A DNA stretch of 63,412 bases, filler included, from Nemertoderma westbladi (taxonomy: Eukaryota; Animalia; Xenacoelomorpha): the NCBI GenBank assembly GCA_032718475.1. It is 3 parts of 3 records of this genome, joined end to end, with 100 filler letters (N's around TTAATTAATTAA, not from the genome) between each part and the next. Parts side by side here need not be neighbours in the genome. Positions count along the whole stretch, not along the records: positions 41,620 to 63,412 come from JAUCBJ010007273.1; 2 more parts are not named here. One strand, given 5' to 3'. Under the pieces are notes generated by a model. That model was not told where the DNA came from. It worked only from the letters and a program-made list of their open reading frames with translations, and ran no database searches. Below, in pieces: positions 52,346 through 63,412 of the stretch; positions within the stretch are counted from its first letter, which is position 1; every line of letters starts with the position of its first letter. The position numbers and the translations under genes are program-made.

Positions 52346-53021
52346 CCGTATAGAACTGCATTTTTAAAACATATGTCATTGTTACTATGGCAACATTGAA
52401 GAGTTCTAGAACAAGAGAAAAGTATTATACACTATTCTAGAACATAAATAAAATGTCAAATATAATATTCTTGAACATATAGCTAGTTTTTTTTTTAATT
52501 TTAAAATAGCTAGTAAATTTAAAAATATATCCAATTTGGTAGATAAATTTTCTAATAAATAAATAATGTAAATAAATAAAATATTTTGTATTACTAGATA
52601 TTTAAATTTGAAAAATAACTAGCTATAAGTTCTAGAACATTATATTATGTGTATTATTTATGCTCTAGAATAGAGCATAATACATACTGTACAGTATAAT
52701 ATTACATAAATAAGATAAAAAATAATAATGTTCTAAAACATATAGCTAGTTTTTTTAATTTTAAAATAAATAGTAAATTTAACAAATAATAAAATTTGGT
52801 ACCGGTAGATACATTTTTTAATAATAATATAAATAATTAAATTTTTTTTATTACTAGCTATTTAAATTCAATAAATTACTAGCTATTTGTTCTTAAACAG
52901 TAATTTTTTTATTTCATTTGTTCTAGAATAGTGTATATTACATATTTTTTGTTCTATAACTCTACACTGTTGCATGCCATGGTAACAATGATTTATGTTA
53001 TAAAAATGCAGTTCTATACGG
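52346..53021. mobile_element. Foldback MITE with long imperfect TIRs
   Basis: CCGTATAGAACTGCATTTTTA... is inverted to ...TAAAAATGCAGTTCTATACGG; the AT-rich core is internally duplicated. Confidence 0.7.
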
Positions 53022-53555
53022 AACTGTTGCCATTTTTTTGACAATACGAACAAAAGGCTACATATGTACAGTATAGGTAGAAGAATAACTGTGGCGGGAC
53101 TGGTGCAAGCAATATCGCAGGAAAAGCTTTTTTTAAACGCTTGTAGCTAAAGATTGAGAGCAAAAAAAAACATATAGCTCAACCAGTTAAGTGGTCGGTA
53201 TAAAATTTTTGGTGGGACGGGGGGGGGGGGGGGGGTGCCCTTGTCATTGAATTACGACACTATATTCCTGGGCATGTTGTACTGTATACTGTAGTACTGT
53301 CCTGAAGATTGATTACCATTGCACCTGGAACAATATAACAATTTATTTAATATGATATAAAGCTGAACATTAATTACTACAGAAGTAACTCACAACGGAT
53401 CTGTTTATTATAAATTTGATATATTGATCGTTGATCTCGCGAATATATAACAGTATAAAGAAGATCAAACTACAGTACATTACAAACAACTATACTTAAG
53501 TGCTGATGAGTAGTCACGGTAATTATCGTAAACACATGTTCCACATGCTATAACA

Positions 53556-54436
53556 ATGAATATCGAAGATCGATTCTCTACTTTTTTTAACTGGCCGAAA
53601 AACGCGCCGATTACCGGCTATGAACTCGCCTGTGCTGGATTCTATTACCTCGGCTGGGGAACAGCGGTTGCTTGTTTCTCTTGCGATTGTCGATTGGATC
53701 GCTGGAACTTTGGCGATTCTGCCATTGCTAGACACAGACAAAGAGCGAATTTTTGTGCCTTTCTCCACATTGAGAAAGAACCCAACAACGTTCATTTGCA
53801 AGGGCAATGGAAGCAATTACAACAGGACCAAGAAACGGGTGCAGGTGCAAGGGCCTTCCAACAGGGCGAAGATGCATTTGGACAGAGTGTAACAGTGCCT
53901 GGAGTGGATGAGGCAGAGGAATATTTGAAGTTCGCAAGGATTTCCCAACAGCTTGCAGTGCAGTACCCAGAGAATGCAGAGAGCTATAAAATTGCTGCAG
54001 AGCAATACCTAGCAGCGGCGCGGACCTACCCGACCTTCAAACTGGGAAGGGATGTAGATGTCAACCAACATCGTGGAGGTAAGTTCCTCCCTCTTGAAGG
54101 AACACACCAAGCAGCTGGAAGTACCTCACACGGAACAGCCAAAATCCAAACATACTTCCCGAGTATTCCGGAAAGCAACCCGACATCCCCATCTGTGGAA
54201 CCCAATCAGTCCACTCGAAGCCAGTGGCCAATGGCTAAGTACATTGGGTTCGACTCAAAGGAGTCCCGATTGGCCACCTTCCGAGGTTGGCCATCCAGCT
54301 GCCCGGTGAGCTCGGACAGTCTCGCGGATGCCGGGTTCTTCTACTCTGGGGTAGACGACCAAGTAACATGTTTCCATTGCGGTTGGAGGTTGAATGGCTG
54401 GACAGACTCCGACGATCCATGGGTGGAACATGAGAA
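53556..54436 (+). CDS. Inhibitor of apoptosis (IAP/BIRC) exon 1: BIR1 and most of BIR2
   Basis: R..TF..WP...LA.AGFYY.G...V.CF.C...W..GD....H....C occurs twice. Donor GAGAA|GTGAGT at 54437 (phase 2). Confidence 0.93.
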
Positions 54437-54530
54437 GTGAGTGATATGAGGTTAGGTAGGAGTTGCTGAAACTTTTCAGTTTTTGTTGCATCTATTTTTA
54501 CTGTACATTTACCTACTGTCAGCATTCACC

Positions 54531-55902
54531 ATGTCCTGAAGTACTGTATAGTGTCGTAATTCACTAATACGCCCCACGCACCCCCCCCCCCCCCCCCCCT
54601 CAAATTTTTGTACAAATCTTGATGAGATTGCATGCAATTTTAAACAGAGATAGTTTCACCTCCCTCCTACTGTACCTAGTGGATGAGCCAGAATATTTAT
54701 TGAATTACGACACTGTATATTCCAGGGGTGTTGTCGTGTTTCGACAACTGATAGTAGCGTTAGAGCCACGTTTCGGCAACATGGTAACAAGGTTGCGTTT
54801 CGGTAACTGAGTGATGCATTTCGGCATCTGTTAACACGATGCGCTTATACAAACTGATAGATGCGTTTGGGCAACTGATAAATGCGTTTCGACAACTACA
54901 GTAGTAAACAAAGGCCAACTAGGCGCATCACCTAGTTGTCACCATCGCATTGTATCAACATAGGGCAGAGCAAATCAGTATTATTTATTACCTTTGCCTC
55001 ATTACGTTTTCATTTCAACGTTTACATTCTCATTCTACATTAGTTTTCTCACGCCTACTCAAACACTACTGACTATTACCGGAGGCATACTGCTACTGTA
55101 CACAAAACCAACAATATACGAATATTGTTATTATGTCCGATCCATAAAATCCGAGTTAGGGCTACAAATACTGTACAGTACTACTGTACACTTGTCGTGG
55201 AAGTCTATATCCCCTTGTAAGCGTAACCATTGTACTGGTAAACCTGAGTGAGCATCATTAGGCCCCTTGAACAAGCAACAAAATTGATGTTAGGTTTTGT
55301 TTCAGTTTCTTTTTTTAAGGCAGTAATCTATTCAACAAAATATTTAAAAAAAAATCATTCAAAAAATTTAAAATAATTACCAATTCAACAAAATAGTAAC
55401 TGAAATGAATTATTACTGAAGTTGTAGCTGGAAACCCCGCCCAGCAAGGTGCGCTTCGCTTTGTACTGTATTAGAAAAACTCCCTTGGAAATTGTAAACG
55501 GAATTTGTGTTTCAGACAGACAAACTCCAGTTCCAAACGTAGGCCTATCCTACACATCCACAACTTCAGCTGCGGTATATTTAAAATTAACTAACTAACT
55601 CAAACAGTTAACAACTCTGCCATCAAAAACTATAACTAACTTAAACTTGTCATCATTTATGATTTAATTACAGTACATGATGAGTGCAGTCACAGTTACA
55701 TTACATACGAGGGTATTTGACCTACTGTACTGTAGTTGCCGAAACGCGACTTCAGTTCGCCGAAATGCAACTTATCTACGTGTTGCCGAAATGCAACTAA
55801 GAGTTGCCGAAACACAACAATAGCCGTTGGTGAAACGTAATTGTTCAGTTGCCGGAACGCGAATTTGAGTTGCCGAAACGCGACAGAACCAATTCAGGAC
55901 AT
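54531..55902. mobile_element. Nested MITE-like repeats in the IAP intron
   Basis: TAGTGTCGTAATTCA...TGAATTACGACACTG at 54549-54715. GTTTCGGCAACTG repeats at 54738-54900 are inverted to AGTTGCCGAAAC repeats at 55733-55890. Confidence 0.55.
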
Positions 55903-57317
55903 TGTGTAGGCCTACTTCGATAGGGCTGAAATCGCATACTGTATGCAGTTCCTTACAAAACCAAACTACACTACAACGTGGAGGGATCATCAGAGATGAT
56001 TCTCCCACACCGGGTTTATTCGTAACATATTGTTGTTATTTTATTGACAATATGAACAAATTGGAACAAATTAACCCTATCTACCCTGGGCTTTTTAGAT
56101 CTTTCCACAGCCCTGGGGGGGGGGGGGGGGGGGGGGGGGGAATTCGGCCCAGACCTGATTACTCGGCCATTTATTATTGAAATTCACTGAAATTTCGTAA
56201 CAATATATCGAGTATATTTTAACACATTCTCAAAAAAAATCGGAATTTTTTTTCGGAGTGCCACAAATATGAAAAATAGTGGTTTTGTGCAATAAAAATA
56301 TCTAATCGCGGATAATGTGACATATGTAGGCTACCTGATTTCAAGTTTTACGTGTATATTGGTGGTGGCGCATTCAATGGTAATTAAATTTAGTTGATCG
56401 AAGTAATGCAACTACCATTTGTCGTGCAGGCTCCAAAAGTGGGGGCAACACGACATTTTCATAACTTATGTTTTTGAAATACTGTATTCATTGCATTATC
56501 TATATTCCCGCGATGTGACGCGATCCTGGTTGGCGAAGGATCACAATCAGTAATTGGTTACAGAGCAACTGGGCAAAGGTAAAACACCGTCCGACATCCT
56601 ACATGATTAGTATACTGTCAACTGAACTAATGGCAACGGGTATAATCACCCTCAGTCGAACAGAGTTGGTATGCCAATGACTCCGCTGGTGCTGGTGAAA
56701 TTAATAACGTCCTCAAATGGTATGAGAAGCTTCTCCGCTGCGGCCCACCAGTTGGATACAAACCGGAACACTCCAAATGCTACTTCGTTGTTGCACCACA
56801 GTTTATTGATGAGGCTCGGAGAATTTTCACAAACCATCCTGCTGTGAAGATCATATCAGGCCACCATTACCTTGGGGTGTGCCTGCCTGGGCGATGACAG
56901 TGGGAGACAACAGTTTGTTAGGGGCGAAGGTGACAGCCTGGGTCGATGCTGTCGAATATTCATCCAATCGAACAAGTGTCTAAACAAACCGAACAAATCC
57001 ATTCTAATTTCCTGAGGGTCATAATAACTCCAGGGAAAAGGACTCCTTACCAGCAATACCTGCATGGCGTATCTAGTGTCATCTTGAGTAATTACATACA
57101 CCAAAAACCCTTACATTTTGCTCTGAGGCACTTTTTTAAAGAGTACAGTAAAGTCCCATGCCTCTTTATTAAGCAAAGGGACGCACGTCATTTATACAGT
57201 GTGCAGTGAAATCTCGCGACTTAACGGTTGTTAAATTTCGCAAATCAAACTATATCGACTGATATCGATTATTATACCAATTTCATCCTAATTATTATGT
57301 CCATATTTTTTTTATAG

Positions 57318-57939
57318 GTGGTTCCCCAACTGTTCCTACGTTATTAAATGTAAGGGAAACGAATTTGTATCTGCGCCACGACCAGAGCCTCTAGTCACTC
57401 CGCCACCACAACCAAATAACTTCGTCAATGAAATGACTACGGTAAAGGCAGACAATATCATATCTACTGTGGTTTCTATGGGGTTCCCTGGTGAGGTAGT
57501 GTCATCAGTATTCGCTAGAATGGTGCAGGGGCCAAGGGACTCATTACCAAGTGTTACAGCACTACTGGACATGGTGCGGATTGCATTAGAAAATCCCAAC
57601 CCTTTGGGGATTACTCAGCCCAAGGATGAGCCGTCGTCGTCTAGGGAATGCGGAGAACCGCGCCATCCGCTACCCACCAGGAGGCGGTTATTCCAGTTTC
57701 CAAACCAAGAGAGCAGAGATCTATGGATGTCCAGGACCCAGACCTCTGAGAGCTTGGTTGCCACCGACATAGAGAAGTTGAGAGACAGGCATCTTTGTAA
57801 CATTTGTATGGAAGCTGATGCTAAAGTGGTTTTTCTACCCTGTGATCATCTTGTTTGCTGCGATAATTGCGCGACCAGTGTAAATGAGTGTCCAAAATGC
57901 AGAGCGTCTATAAAGAGGAGAGTGGATATCTATCTATAA
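57318..57939 (+). CDS. IAP exon 2: end of BIR2, UBA-like segment and C-terminal RING
   Basis: Acceptor TTTTTTATAG|G gives HEK-WFPNC in frame. SMGFP (UBA-like); CNICM...VFLPCDHLVCC.NCA.....CPKCR RING. The spliced product is ~500 aa. Confidence 0.92.
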
Positions 57940-58070
57940 GTCTTAACGGTCACTTAGTGCCAAATAAACGATTCCTATCAGAGCAATATAGTTGGTTGGT
58001 TATTCTATGATTCGGTTATTCTAGTACCGGTAACCATCCTGGGGAGCAACTAGAAACTGTCTATATCTTG

Positions 58071-58744
58071 CGGTGGCCCACAATAGCCATCGTTTCACGA
58101 CAAAAACTTACTACTCATCTATGGGAAGTATTTGTCGTGAACTTCTGCCGTGGGAATTGACGACAAAATTCAATCTGCTGTGAACTTCTGCCGTGAAAAT
58201 TGACGGCCAATGGAAACTGTCGTGAAAATTGACGTCAAATTCCTATTGGCTGAAACATTATTTTGTGTCGTAGGCCTACTTCGTAAAGCTATACCTTTCT
58301 GTCTGCTTCACCGGGGTCACTGCATAGCAGGGCCGGGCCGGGGGTCCCGCCAGTTTGATTATACATTGAAATAATAAATAGCTGTCTGTCTGACTGTCTG
58401 TCTGTTTGTTTATTTGTCTGTCTGTCTGTCTGTCTGCCTGTATGTCTGTCTGTCTGTAAATTTTTCCGGCAGAAGTTTAAGGCAGATTGAATTTGCCGTC
58501 ATTTTCACGAGATAAGTTCACGGTAGATTGAATTTTCCGCTAATTTTCTCGGCAGAAAGTCATAGCAGATTGAATTTGCTGTCAGATGTCTTTTCAGAAG
58601 TTCACGGCCGATTGAATTATCGATAAATTTGAATTTCCACGGCAGAGTTTCACGGCAGTTAGAGATACTTCCCATAGATCAGTAGATGAGTATTGAGTTT
58701 TTATTGTGAAAACTACAGTACTGTATGATCGTTTTGGGCCACTG
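58071..58744. mobile_element. MITE with C(A/G)GTGGCCCA termini, Tc1/mariner-like
   Basis: Imperfect TIRs including TCTATGGGAAGTAT/ATACTTCCCATAGA; AACTTCTGCCGTG subterminal repeats; TA on the right flank. Confidence 0.65.
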
Positions 58745-58934
58745 TACCGGTAATAGCCAAATAGGGGTACTTTTACAAAAATTAAGAATGCATATAGAAC
58801 CCATGAAAAATGAATCTTAACCTCCTATTGTTTTTGCTTAATTCCTAGAATAGGCCAATACACCATGCCCCGGAATATAGTGTCGTAAGTCAATGACACG
58901 ACCAACCCCCCCCCCCCCCAAATTGTTCTACAAC

Positions 58935-59520
58935 TAAAATTACCGACAAAGCAAGAAACACCTGCTGTCAGATCCGCAGAGCGTTCGGCCACCGTGACGC
59001 TACCTTCCAATGGGGGTTATACTGTACGTAGGCCAGGTCTATAATTGATTTAATATGGTGCCCTCGCCCCTAATCTCGATAAGGATATAGACATTCTGGA
59101 ACGTTCCCAGCGATCTTTCATCCGTTAACTTCCGGTACAGTATGTTTGGTCTCAGCTATGCCGACAGATTAGCAAGGTTCGATGCTAAGCCCCTGGAATA
59201 TCGCAGAATATTCAATGACTTAGTCGAAATGTTCAAACTAATAAACGGTCTGAGTCCCCTCAGTGCTAATAATATTTTTCGGCTTATTGTAACGCGATCA
59301 ACCAGAGGAAATGGGTGGAAGATATTCCTTCCACGATCAACAAATTTTATATTCCAAAATCATTTCGCGGTTCGGTTAGTATCTGTCTGGAAAAGTCTCC
59401 CATCCAATGTAGTTCTATGCACAACTGTGTCATCATTTGAAACCCGCCTCGGTAATGTGGATCTTCTACCTTTACTGCAAGGTCTCCTGGAAGAACACAA
59501 TGGACGTTGTTTATATCGTG
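58935..59520 (+). mobile_element. Diverged fragment of the same CR1 family as 20924-24160
   Basis: High similarity to ~23325-23900, with indels. Confidence 0.92.
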
Positions 59521-60000
59521 GGGCGGGTGGTAAAACGTCCTAAGTCTAAAAATGTAGTTTGGAGAAAACACGTTTTTTGTTGACTATTTCAACAAAACTG
59601 CAAATTTATTCTGTTTTATTTCATTTTCTAACATAAAAAAGGGTGTTAGATCGTTTTCTGATACCAGAAATATAGATACGTAGCCTTCTGGTAGGGTTTT
59701 TTGACAAATTTGCAACATAGGACGTTTTACCAATTTCAATTTTAATGCGACATAGGATATTTTACAAACTTATTACTACGTTACTATTGCTTACTTATTA
59801 CTCTATTCTCTATTAACCGGTACAGGTTATGTACCGATACTATATGATGAATGCCTCCATAATAATTTCGGTTCTTGTTTAAAATCAAGAATAAATTTAA
59901 TCAAAAGTTATAAGGAATTGTTCTGTACTAATCGTGTCTAAGTCCGGTCTATCTACTGCTACTGTAGTAGGATGTATAGCAATTTTAATTTTCTAATGTA

Positions 60001-61157
60001 CTGGTGTCTCAGGCGAAAATGCCCCCCAGGCGAGATTGCTCGGGGGGGGGGGGGGGGGGGGGGGGGGTGGGGGTGGGGGCAATTTTGCTTTGGTGCACTC
60101 TAGTAAATACTTTTGGCCTAGCGCCAAATGCCCCTTCCCGCGCTGTATCCCCCCCCCCCCCCCCCCACATTTGACAGTTTTAAGTTATTAACCAATGCAA
60201 ACCAAAACTTGTTACCAATTCAAGGAAAGGACCGCGCAGGTTAGAGACTGTCTTTTCTAACAAAAACAATAAACCATCTCGTTAACAATACATGTAAATG
60301 AGCAGGTTACAGGCGCGGACTTTTCTAAACAAGTCAAAAAACGATCTCATCAACACTACATGGGAAGGGGCAGGGTACAGGGGCACGTTTTCCTAACCAA
60401 AACAATAAACGATCAAATTTTATTTTTACAGGTTACCAAGTAGGCTCTATTTAAAAGATTAAAATATTTAAAAGCTACATAGTATCAAAATTCTGTAATT
60501 ATACAGTATATAGTTAATAAATCACCATTAACACATTACATATCACATTCGGAATCAAATACAATGCACAGATATCCAATCAGACACTTTACAACGTTGG
60601 AGGTGTCTCATTACTCTCCCCTAGCTTGACAATTAAACGGCGTCGCCTTCACATTATAGGACATTGTTTTCAGCTTAAGATTGCTTTCAGCGTGAGGAGC
60701 ATCCTGTGCACAAACTTGTGCTTTGGTGGCCTCGTGGAGAAAATAAGCATGGTGGACAGACCATGACTTTCGCGAGATGCATCTCAAAGGAAACACACTG
60801 GTCTTGAGGATGCCGATAATCTCACCAAAGTCATGGGGGAAAGGGAATTGTGGTGGTGCAACTTTATTGATAAGCCGCCATAGCATTCTTTATGCACGCT
60901 GCATTGGGTTTGCCAATTGTGAATGGCATGGTGGTGACAACATGTTTCGAAATGTGCAGATTCAATGCAGCAGCAGGCCGATTAATTGTAGTACACTAGT
61001 TGTGGCAAATTCGCCTTAGAAGATTTTGCCCATAGGGGGCACTACGTACTAGAGGCGATTATGGATTATGCCCAGTGGAGAGGGCATAATGCCTAACGCG
61101 ATTATGACCAGGGTGGATGCATATATTCCATTTGGGCAATTTCGACTGGGGCACCGG
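60001..61157. mobile_element. TA-flanked non-autonomous DNA transposon containing an RTE fragment
   Basis: TA|CTGGTGTCTCAGGCGAAAATGCCC ... GGGCAATTTCGACTGGGGCACCGG|TA. Confidence 0.6.
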
Positions 61158-61399
61158 TAAGTACTATACAATTACCACCGTCAGACTTTTCCTGAATGTA
61201 TAATTAATTTATTGTATTGAATATTTTAGGTTAAAAATCTCATAATATTAACATTGTGACTCGACATTGGTCTTTCCGGAATCGCTAATGGCACTCAGCA
61301 ACAAATATTACCTATTAATAGTAATGGATACTTCCTGGTGGGGTGACATTAAACTTGACAAAACGTCCTATGTTTCACTTACGTAATTAGTTTTGTTTG

Positions 61400-62045
61400 A
61401 CTTATGTTTGCGCTTTTAAGACCTTTGACAGTTTAACCTGCCAAATTAGGATGTCTTTTAGATGATATATAGTCTTTAGCCTATGACGAGTATTTGATAC
61501 ACTACATTAGCCGAAGCCAGTCTATGCGCAATCATTCACCCGCTGGATATACCCGGGAGACTGAATTCGGAAGCTTAATGATTGATGGTGCAAGCCTACT
61601 GTATTATTCGACTGATCGTAATATATAATCTCTGACAAATATTATTCACTTTCGGGAAATATTAACAGTTCCTTTAGGACGTGGCGCTCTAAATATGTAA
61701 ACAGAGTTATGACTTAAACTAGACACAACGAAAAGGCTATAGATTCACGTATATGGCGCATTCTTTAGGAGATGCTTTGTTATCAGTCACAATCATACAC
61801 AATGCTGCACACCAATCTGCCGACCTTCACTAATTTTAGTCACATACAAAGAGAATAACAGACAATACATGTAGGGCCTATAAAATAGCATTAGATTCAC
61901 TTCAAACCACTTAACATAGGTCGCAATCGTTTATATGTAACCGGTCTCTCTAACCTTTAGTATATCAAGAAGATTGGGGTGTCTGATTATTGATCAGTAT
62001 TCCGATATAATATTTCATCAACAAATATAATGAATAACCGACAGC
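61400..62045 (-). mobile_element. Partial copy of the LTR-like family
   Basis: Colinear with ~47650-48305. Confidence 0.85.
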
Positions 62046-62051
62046 AAAAGC

Positions 62052-63412
62052 TGTAAAAGCTTTTGTGGGATAACTGATACGTTTGCCTTTGCTGGCCAGT
62101 TCCCCCCCCCGGCGCTGGAATACTCTAAAAAAGGTTTTCTAACTGTATATATATTCCCCTCGCCCTCAAGGAACCTTTACAGGTGTTTTAACGGACATAA
62201 AAGTAATTCTGCTATATACGTGTTTTAGCGGACATGGTAAGACAAAAACTTGTAATGCACCAACCACCTTTCACAGCTTAGCCGTGATGATTCATATTAC
62301 GACATCTAGCAGCTGGTTGCTGACATGGAAACAGCCATTGGCCGCGTGGTTCTTTGTTTGGCTTGGGCCAATCAGGGCGGTTTTTCCTGTCGACGTGTAG
62401 CTTTCCTGCCGATCATAAGGAGAGTGTTCAGTCTTACTGTTTTTTCTTGATACTTGTTGTTATTGCTGTCTAAGCCAGAAACACCGGCATTTTTGGATAG
62501 ATACTGCTGTACCGTAAACTGCTTGAATTATCGAAAGTATAAACTGTTACCTGACTTAAATCACTCATCTCACCTTGATACTTTTAATTGCATTAATCAT
62601 ATTGTTTGTACTGTTATTTTACCGTCAGTTATTAATTGTAAATATTTGTTGATGGAAATATTGCTATTTGGATAATACGGAGAAATCACCCAATTCCCAA
62701 TTTTCTTGATAACACTACAGGTTAGAGAGACCGGCTATACATAACAATTGCGATTTATATTAATGTGGTGTGTATTGAATCCAATGTTATTTAGCAGACC
62801 CTACGTGAGTCAATTACTGCTCTCTTTATGTGTGATCAAATGTACTGACTGTCGGCAGAATAGTGTGTATGATTGTGATTGGTAACAAAGTATTTCCTAA
62901 AGAATACGCTTTATACTTTAATCATAAGCAGTATCGTTGCGTTTTAGTATAAGTCTTAGTTCTGTTTAAATAGATAAAGCGCCACGTCCTAAAGGAACTG
63001 TTAATATTTCCCGAAAGCCAATAATATCTGTCAGAGATTAATTATTAACGATCTATCGAATAATACATTAGGTATACACTGCAACCTTACACTGTAATAA
63101 TACAATTCAAGCATCCGAATTCAGTCTCCCGGGTGTAGATCCATCGGGTGAATGATCGCGCATGGGCTGACTTCGGCTAATGTTTTGCGTATTAGCATAA
63201 ATTATTGTCGTATGCTAAAGTGGTTTTAATTAACTAAAAGACATATAAATTTTGGCAGGTTAAACTGCTAAAGGTCTTCGAAAGCGCGAACAGTAACAGT
63301 TTATCTTGTATTGCAGTGTAGGTATTGAATACTGTTCTGGCGAACAGTAACAGTTTATAATCTTATTGCAGTAGGCAATAAGGTTGCAAAATACCGTCGT
63401 GACTGGTAAAAC
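62052..63412 (+). mobile_element. LTR-like family copy in opposite orientation, running off the window
   Basis: Begins TGTAAAAGCTTTTGTGGGATAACTGAT; reverse-complement homology to 47600-48830. Confidence 0.8.

Noticed and set aside
53502-53535. Hammerhead ribozyme core (CTGATGAG) upstream of the IAP
   Set aside because: There is no correctly placed GAAA and no supporting stems.
53200-58925. IAP gene captured inside a Pack-type transposon
   Set aside because: Judged from the complete small element at 54549-54715, the flanking repeat ends face the gene from outside rather than enclosing it. No TSD was found.

Overview
This is AT-rich, transposon-dense animal (invertebrate-like) genomic DNA, not prokaryotic. 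It consists of three contigs joined by artificial 100-bp spacers (N44-TTAATTAATTAA-N44). Host genes: MRPS33 (3' end replaced by an LTR-like repeat), JKAMP, an orphan last exon of a GGACT-like gene, a C-terminally truncated CHMP4/Snf7, HDDC3/MESH1, and a two-exon BIR-BIR-RING IAP. Four of these have intronless coding regions. Mobile DNA includes a head-to-head palindromic pair of Merlin/IS1595-type elements. One arm of that pair carries a nested Mutator-like element, which itself contains a Helentron-type element. Also present are a Ginger element (CCGG TSD), a near-complete CR1 LINE, L2/Crack and RTE fragments, BEL/Pao gag-protease and integrase pieces, a Gypsy integrase relic, several MITEs and many tandem repeats. 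The most striking observation is two tandem histone-mRNA-type stem-loops (GGCCCT-TTTC-AGGGCC) starting 38 nt after the Merlin transposase stop codon. This suggests a transposon that may use the SLBP histone 3'-end pathway. All family assignments come from motif recognition by eye; no database search was run.
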